Origin: a virus
Strand: one strand, 5' to 3'
IMG/VR virus record: IMGVR_UViG_3300025101_002824
Coordinates: 1 to 64,000 of that record
Length of the DNA: 64,000 bases
A program made the translations under genes and the position numbers. Positions 57,930-64,000 of the stretch are shown here, piece by piece. Under the pieces are notes generated by a model that saw only the letters and a list, made by a program, of their open reading frames with translations, was not told the DNA's origin and made no database searches. The stretch's first letter is position 1. Each line of letters opens with the position of its first letter.

Positions 57930-59111
57930 ATGGCGTATTTTAATCATGCTTACGTTAAAGGTATGTTAGCTACAGGTATAGAAGACCTGAAAGATCAAGC
58001 TACTACAGCCCTTGGCGCAGCAGAACTTGGTTTAGTTAATGCTGGGACCTACCAAACAGTAGTTTTCCCAACATCTGCATCAGCAGCAGCTATACCTGCT
58101 GAATTTATGTTAGTTCTTGGTAACTATAACCAAACAGACACACTTGGTAATAACCCTGCAAGAGGTGGTTATGCTGAGTCAATCAAAACAAAAGTTATTA
58201 AAAAAAATTATGTAAGAGCTCTTTGGAGTGCACCTTGTGTTACTACAGCTGCTGAATACATTGAAATTGAAATTCCTGATGGATGTTTCAAATGTGATGG
58301 ATCTACAGCTGATCAAAATCAATTAAGACTTGATATTAAAGGTGATGAAGCATTACGTTTCTTAAACAGATTTTCTTATGCTGTTTTAGATTACAGAGAG
58401 TGTTGTGCAAGTGGTACTGATGTTCCTGGTGCAACTGTTGTAACTGCATGGGTAGATAGAATTAATAAAGATCCTTTATTAAATCCATTTATGACTGCTT
58501 CAGCTGTAGCTGGTGGTTCTGGTAATAACAAGTTAAAGTTAGTTATTGACTATACTGCAACTTTCTTTGACAACTGTTCTTATGATACAAGAGATCATTA
58601 TGGAGTTGCTCCATTAAGAGTTTCTGCATCTCCAGTAGATGATGATGGTAATGCATGTACAAACACATGTATGACTGCTGCTGTATCTGGTGTAGCTGTT
58701 TCTAACTTTGGTGAAAAGGAAGCATTTGCAATTGCTGTTAAGAAAGAAACTACAGGAGAACAAGTTATTGAATATCTTATTCTTGATGGTAGATACAGAC
58801 AAGATGGTGGTTGGAATCAAGGTAATAAAGATTCTGCTAGAATTAGAGAAATTCAACACGGAGATGAATTACTTAAATGTGGTGCTGCTTTAGTTGATAG
58901 AAGTGCATTCTACAAAGTTTATTACATACAACATACAGTGCCTAGATTTAACAATCCAACTGGAGTATTTGATAATGATCAATATTTATATAAAATATTT
59001 GTTCCTTGTTTAAGTGGAGCAGATCCTCATCCAAATATTGCAAAAATGGAACACTTAATGGGTTCTATAGCTGCTGCAAGTGGTGTAACATACACTGAGT
59101 ATGCTGTATAA
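57930..59111 (+). CDS. Abundant structural protein (auxiliary capsid-like)
   Basis: 393 aa with its own promoter-like motif, leader and terminator. Confidence 0.6.
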   Translation: MAYFNHAYVKGMLATGIEDLKDQATTALGAAELGLVNAGTYQTVVFPTSASAAAIPAEFMLVLGNYNQTDTLGNNPARGGYAESIKTKVIKKNYVRALWSAPCVTTAAEYIEIEIPDGCFKCDGSTADQNQLRLDIKGDEALRFLNRFSYAVLDYRECCASGTDVPGATVVTAWVDRINKDPLLNPFMTASAVAGGSGNNKLKLVIDYTATFFDNCSYDTRDHYGVAPLRVSASPVDDDGNACTNTCMTAAVSGVAVSNFGEKEAFAIAVKKETTGEQVIEYLILDGRYRQDGGWNQGNKDSARIREIQHGDELLKCGAALVDRSAFYKVYYIQHTVPRFNNPTGVFDNDQYLYKIFVPCLSGADPHPNIAKMEHLMGSIAAASGVTYTEYAV

Positions 59112-59134
59112 TTAATATTTAGTTAGTATTTATT

Positions 59135-59172
59135 AAAAAGGGCAGGTGAAATATTCCTGCTCTTTTTTTTTT
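59135..59172 (+). terminator. Intrinsic terminator
   Basis: AAAAAGGGCAGG-loop-CCTGCTCTTTTT plus a long T run. Confidence 0.85.
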
Positions 59173-59238
59173 CTTTTTATTAATTAATTTTGTATATTAT
59201 TAATAGATACTCTTTGTATTTAAGACTAAAATAAAATT

Positions 59239-59784
59239 ATGGCAGCTAAACACATATTAAGCTTAGAAGTTTTACCTGTATCAAATCCTGAAGTACTCAG
59301 TATTAAAGATACTAGTACATATGCAAAAAATATAAAAATAGATTGTCCTGAATTATTAGTTACAGTTCCAGGATTTAATAGACCTGCACTTATTAAAGTA
59401 ACAGAAGGATTTGATCTAACAATTAATGCTTGTGCATTAAATGTACAAACAAAAAACTGTAATAATACAAGAGTTATTATACCAGATGGATTATATATTA
59501 TAAGGTATCAAGTTAGTCCTCATGACAAAGCTTATGTAGAGTATAATCATTTAAGAATCACAAACATAATGAATCAATACTATGATAAAATGTGTTTACT
59601 TGATATAACTCCTTGTGAGCCATCATATGATAGAAAAAAATTACTTGATCAATTAAGTGATATAAAAGTATATATAGATGCTGCAAAAGCTAAAGTAGAA
59701 TATGCAGCTAATCCCCAGGCAGGCTTAGAGTTATTTAATTTTGCAAAAAAGAAATTAGATAAAATAACTTGTCCAACATGTTAA
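59239..59784 (+). CDS. Putative tail ring/structural protein
   Basis: D.S.Y...PDG.Y.I.Y...; 181 aa. Confidence 0.55.
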   Translation: MAAKHILSLEVLPVSNPEVLSIKDTSTYAKNIKIDCPELLVTVPGFNRPALIKVTEGFDLTINACALNVQTKNCNNTRVIIPDGLYIIRYQVSPHDKAYVEYNHLRITNIMNQYYDKMCLLDITPCEPSYDRKKLLDQLSDIKVYIDAAKAKVEYAANPQAGLELFNFAKKKLDKITCPTC

Positions 59785-59802
59785 CCAATAAACCAAATAA
59801 AT

Positions 59803-59943
59803 ATGGCAGCAAATTGTACACATTGTAAACGAGCAATAGGATGCGGATGTCAACAAACAACTGCATCTGATGGAAAAATTGTTTGCAAAACCTGTGAAAA
59901 AGCTTATGAAGCAGCATTAGAAGCAGGATTAGTTAAAAAATAA
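59803..59943 (+). CDS. 46-aa Cys-rich microprotein (not in ORF track)
   Basis: CTHC...GCGCQ...VCKTC. Confidence 0.65.
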   Translation: MAANCTHCKRAIGCGCQQTTASDGKIVCKTCEKAYEAALEAGLVKK

Positions 59944-59945
59944 GG

Positions 59946-62900
59946 ATGGAATCAAATTGTAATAAAAAAGATACTACTATACAAAAAATCCAGACTGAAC
60001 GTGGATTTGCTGATGAGATATTTAAAAAATATAGATATGAAAGATATGGTGTAGGTACTTGTTGTGGTTCCAATCTTCCTTCTTATATAAAAGATAAATA
60101 CCTTTGTGATTTTCAAGATTCTAAAGTTACACAATATGATTCTATAAAAACTGTAGTAACAAAATATGATCCTCCAGCAACTGGTGCTAAAGATGATGCT
60201 AATAGACCTGGATGGGTTGATGCAGCTTGTGGTATGGCACAAGGTGATATAGAAGTTTATTTTTATTATGATGCAACATCATTAGGTTTAACACAAGTAC
60301 AAGCTGCTTATAATGCAGCTAAAGATTGGATTGAAGTAGTAAAAGCTGAAGCAAATCAACCAGGAGATCCTGATTCATGTAATGGCGGCATAAGTGCAAG
60401 TGTAAAAGATTATCATACAACAGTATTTGGAGAAAGATGGCTTGATTGGGCTACATCATCAATGACTGGTATGTTTCAAAATTCAGGAAGTTGTGGTGGT
60501 AATGCTACTATAGATGTAAATGGTGTTCCATGTGCATCAAACAGTGCTGTAACAGGAACACCTGTAAATGTTGATGCAAATCCTAACAGAAACTTTGGTA
60601 CTAACGATTGTAATAGTGCTGCAGATTCAGTATTTCCATGGTCTGTAAATAATACTAATAAATTTTGGGCTATATTAAAATGGGCTCAAAGTAATGGTGT
60701 AATTATGCATAATGGTGGACCGGCAGGTGTTGATGTAACAGCATCAGTATTACCTGTAGCTCAAGGAGGTAACGGAGGAACTGATACTAGTGGTGGAGTT
60801 TTTGCTGGTGTTACTTCAATAGGTATGCCTCCTATTGCAAGCAAACAAAACTTATTAGTTGTAACATTTTTAGATGAAGCTACTTCAACCACTCATCATC
60901 AACCATATCATGGTAAAGGTGATCCAGCAACTTGGAATAATGCTACAGATGGATCAGGAACTGTAACTCCTTGTTGGGCAGCAGATCATACACAATTCAT
61001 TCAAACAAGAAATATTTGGATGGCTGGAATGGCAGATAGAAAATCTGATTTTTATATGTATCCATCTGCACCATCTAATCCTGGACCAGCACATCATCCT
61101 TTACCATTACATGTATTAGGAGCTATTACATCAGGTGATAAAACTCCAGCTGATGGTACATTAACTACAGCACCATTTAATACATTAGGACCATTAACAC
61201 CAATTCAAACATCTAATCCATATTTTGCTCAAGGATATGGTGCATTAGATCAACATGGATGGGGAACAAATGTATTTGAAGGAGTATTTCAAGCTGAAAC
61301 TTTTCAAAATGATTTAGATGCATTTGTAGATTTAGAAAATTGTAATGACTCAGAATGTTTTCTATTTGTTGTAAAAGACCAAAATGGTAATCCTATTAGT
61401 TGTCATCCAATAACAATAAATGGTGGCGTTGTTGGAGAAACAAATGAAAATGGATTTTTAAGATGGTGTGTAAATAATGCATCAGTTAACACAAGACACA
61501 TATTAGATTTATGTACATGTTTAACTACTACAGGTGGATGTAAATCTCAAAAGGTTTCTATGACCATAACAGATAAATGTAAATTTACTGCATGTGATGT
61601 AACACCTTTTCAAGCATGTGAAGAACCAGCTGAAACAACATCTTCTGGTAATTTATTAAAAGGTTGTACTGATCCTAATGCAGATAATTATAATCCAAAC
61701 GCAACTGTAGATGATGGATCATGTAAGTTTTGTGAATCTTTTACTATAACAACAGGAAGTATAGGTGATGCTACAGAAAATAATGACACTCCTCCTGTAT
61801 GTCAAAATGATGGTTTTATAAATATTATAGTAGCAGGAGGAACGCCACCATATACATTCCAATGGACTGGACCAAGTGGATATACAGCAACTACACAAAA
61901 TATAACAGGTATATGTGGAGGTGTATATAATGTTTTTGTTACAGATAGTGCTACTAATCCATGTACAGAAGCTGCATCTTTCTTTATTGATCAACCACAA
62001 TCAAGAATTTATGGTTGTATGGATGCTACTGCTTGTAATTATAATTCTTCTGCTACACATAGTGATAATTCATGTTTATTCTCTGGTTGTACTGATTCTT
62101 CTGCAACTAATTATGATCCTACTGCAACAGCAGATTGTAATTGTAATCCACCATCATCTCCTTTGTATCAAAATGATGTAGGTTGGGATAGCTGTTGTAC
62201 AGCATGTGTAGATGGATGTATGGATCCAAATGCAAACAATTTTAATTCTGCTGCTACTTGTGATGATGGTTCCTGTACATATAATTATTCATGTATTCAA
62301 ACAGGAAGTCCTGGATTTAATAGTTGTGATGGATATACAAATATAGGTACATTTTCAAATTCATCTCAAGCTTTAAACTTTTATACTGATCCAGCAAATG
62401 GATTTACACATTTACCAATAAATTCTATTGTGCATTCATTAACTGGTGTTGCACCTCAACCAGGACAATGTGTTGATGCAAATGGTAATATAATAAAATT
62501 TAATGGCGGAATATTCTTTACTATGAGTGATATAGCTGGTACATCATGTCCTCATGATGATTGGCCTCTTTCATGGACAGCTGCTGGTTTACTTCCAGAT
62601 GCAAATAGTACTACACAAAGAACATTTATTACAGAAAGTTGGGATGATGTTTTAAATTATCTTCAAGATACACTTGCTCAAGGTCAACAGTATGTTGATT
62701 GGTCAAATAGTTTTATAACTTCATTTAATAGTTTAACATATCAAGATATAGCTACTATTCTTCAAGCATCACAAGGTACATTATACACTGGACCAGGTCA
62801 ACCTGCATTACAGAATCTTCTTTATCCTGAATGTCAATATAGAAGAATTTTACCATCATCTGCTGCTGGTCCATGTACTTGTCTTGGAACAACTCAAACA

Positions 62901-64000
62901 TGTACTTGTACTGAAATGACAGATGGTACAGGTATTTATCCAACTATACAAGATTGTCAAAATAGTCCAACAGAATGCTGTAATACAAGTATAGGACCTA
63001 AATTTGTTTGTGTACCAGGAAATATAACAAATAGTTGTAGTAATAAAACATTAGCATCACCTAATGTTATTAGCCTTACTCCTAATTTAAATGATAATTT
63101 AGCTCAAGAATGGACATCTTCAAATATTTATTGGCCTGTAGTTCCTGTAGATGGATTCTATTTTAAAATAGATAATAATGCAGGAGGTAGTTGTTTTGCA
63201 TTAATAAATGAAGCGCAAGCTTATATAACAAAACTTTCAGTTGATTTTGATGATCCACAACCTGTAATACAACCACAATCATATACTATACAAACTGGTG
63301 GTGACTCATGGGCAATAGTTCAAAATGCTCTATTTAATGCTGGTTATAATGGTACTACATATCCTGATTTATCAAACGCTGATTGGAATACTGCTAAAAT
63401 AATAACTGCTCAAAGTCAACCAGGAGCTTGGTCATTTAGAGCTTTTATGTCTTTATGTAATTGTACTAATGATGGTAATTGTGATTGTATTGAAGATCAA
63501 ACAGGACAGTATAATGATTATGCAAGCTGTATTCAAGATTGTTGTGATAGTCAATTAACATATGGTTGTACTGATCCAAACGCAATAAACTATGATCCTA
63601 ATGTTCAAATTGATGATTCTACATGTTTATACTGTGATGATTTAAATGCTCAAGGTGTACCAACACCTATTCATGATGCTACTTTTACTGATTATGTAGA
63701 TCCTACACCTTCTAATGCATCAAACGGTTCAGTATTAGTTAATTTTGCTGTATCAGTAAATACAGGTACTAATTTAAATGTTTTAGTATATGATTCTCAA
63801 GCTAATCTTGTTCAAACTAATTTAATTCCTGGTGGTGCTACAAGTTATCTTATTACAGGATTACCAACAGACAATTATACAATAGTTTTAGAATGGATAA
63901 AGACTGTTGGAGGAAGTACAATAATCATGTGTTCAGAAAATTATTCAATATTTATTGGAAATCCAGGTGGAGCATTATTATGGGAATGTGTACCAAATTA
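59946..64000 (+). CDS. Giant Cys-repeat / vWA-like / SprB-like protein, 3' truncated (not in ORF track)
   Basis: ATG 59946 (MESNCNKK); segments translated at the start, middle and end (...LLWECVPN) are in one frame; YFYYDATS and VVTFLDE; GGTPPYTFQWTGP; five GC[TM]D repeats. Confidence 0.85.
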   Translation, partial: MESNCNKKDTTIQKIQTERGFADEIFKKYRYERYGVGTCCGSNLPSYIKDKYLCDFQDSKVTQYDSIKTVVTKYDPPATGAKDDANRPGWVDAACGMAQGDIEVYFYYDATSLGLTQVQAAYNAAKDWIEVVKAEANQPGDPDSCNGGISASVKDYHTTVFGERWLDWATSSMTGMFQNSGSCGGNATIDVNGVPCASNSAVTGTPVNVDANPNRNFGTNDCNSAADSVFPWSVNNTNKFWAILKWAQSNGVIMHNGGPAGVDVTASVLPVAQGGNGGTDTSGGVFAGVTSIGMPPIASKQNLLVVTFLDEATSTTHHQPYHGKGDPATWNNATDGSGTVTPCWAADHTQFIQTRNIWMAGMADRKSDFYMYPSAPSNPGPAHHPLPLHVLGAITSGDKTPADGTLTTAPFNTLGPLTPIQTSNPYFAQGYGALDQHGWGTNVFEGVFQAETFQNDLDAFVDLENCNDSECFLFVVKDQNGNPISCHPITINGGVVGETNENGFLRWCVNNASVNTRHILDLCTCLTTTGGCKSQKVSMTITDKCKFTACDVTPFQACEEPAETTSSGNLLKGCTDPNADNYNPNATVDDGSCKFCESFTITTGSIGDATENNDTPPVCQNDGFINIIVAGGTPPYTFQWTGPSGYTATTQNITGICGGVYNVFVTDSATNPCTEAASFFIDQPQSRIYGCMDATACNYNSSATHSDNSCLFSGCTDSSATNYDPTATADCNCNPPSSPLYQNDVGWDSCCTACVDGCMDPNANNFNSAATCDDGSCTYNYSCIQTGSPGFNSCDGYTNIGTFSNSSQALNFYTDPANGFTHLPINSIVHSLTGVAPQPGQCVDANGNIIKFNGGIFFTMSDIAGTSCPHDDWPLSWTAAGLLPDANSTTQRTFITESWDDVLNYLQDTLAQGQQYVDWSNSFITSFNSLTYQDIATILQASQGTLYTGPGQPALQNLLYPECQYRRILPSSAAGPCTCLGTTQTCTCTEMTDGTGIYPTIQDCQNSPTECCNTSIGPKFVCVPGNITNSCSNKTLASPNVISLTPNLNDNLAQEWTSSNIYWPVVPVDGFYFKIDNNAGGSCFALINEAQAYITKLSVDFDDPQPVIQPQSYTIQTGGDSWAIVQNALFNAGYNGTTYPDLSNADWNTAKIITAQSQPGAWSFRAFMSLCNCTNDGNCDCIEDQTGQYNDYASCIQDCCDSQLTYGCTDPNAINYDPNVQIDDSTCLYCDDLNAQGVPTPIHDATFTDYVDPTPSNASNGSVLVNFAVSVNTGTNLNVLVYDSQANLVQTNLIPGGATSYLITGLPTDNYTIVLEWIKTVGGSTIIMCSENYSIFIGNPGGALLWECVPN

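Noticed and set aside
584-62943. Many short alternative-frame or antisense ORFs in the track (e.g. 584-817, 2697-3002, 5398-5706, 52256-52639, 52859-53323, 61719-62000)
   Set aside because: Shadows of longer well-supported genes, with no motifs or start context

Overview
AT-rich segment of a large dsDNA tailed phage, most consistent with a crAss-like (Crassvirales-related) podophage of a Bacteroidota host, probably a marine flavobacterium. Host evidence: TAnnTTTG promoters, A-rich starts without Shine-Dalgarno sites, and a T9SS C-terminal domain. The window has three arms. (1) 1-8996 (+): accessory/late genes, including a Cys-repeat T9SS cargo protein, a beta-barrel-like protein, an array of Lys-rich microproteins, holin-like genes, a 22-aa CDGSH peptide, SNase and HNH. 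(2) 8993-34625 (-): replication/early arm with a spore photoproduct lyase-family radical SAM protein, tRNA-Arg(UCU), PolB, PD-(D/E)XK nuclease, a MoxR-AAA/vWA-metallopeptidase module, RusA-like resolvase, primase, DnaB and an SF2 helicase. (3) 34844-64000 (+): a 2737-aa polyvalent protein, PhoH, putative endolysin, HU/IHF, GroES, TerL, portal, scaffold, major capsid protein, other structural genes, and a >1350-aa Cys-repeat/vWA protein that runs off the window and is missing from the ORF track. The best candidate novel system is the 2737-aa protein. It is divided into about six enzyme-like modules (His-Cys protease-like, ART-like, ELQTD domain, GH24 lysozyme, HExxH zincin, unknown) by a repeated K-x-G-G-x-L-x-K-A-Q-x-G linker, which suggests a processed effector polyprotein. 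The same KxGG motif recurs in some small basic proteins. All family assignments come from motif recognition by eye; no database searches were run.
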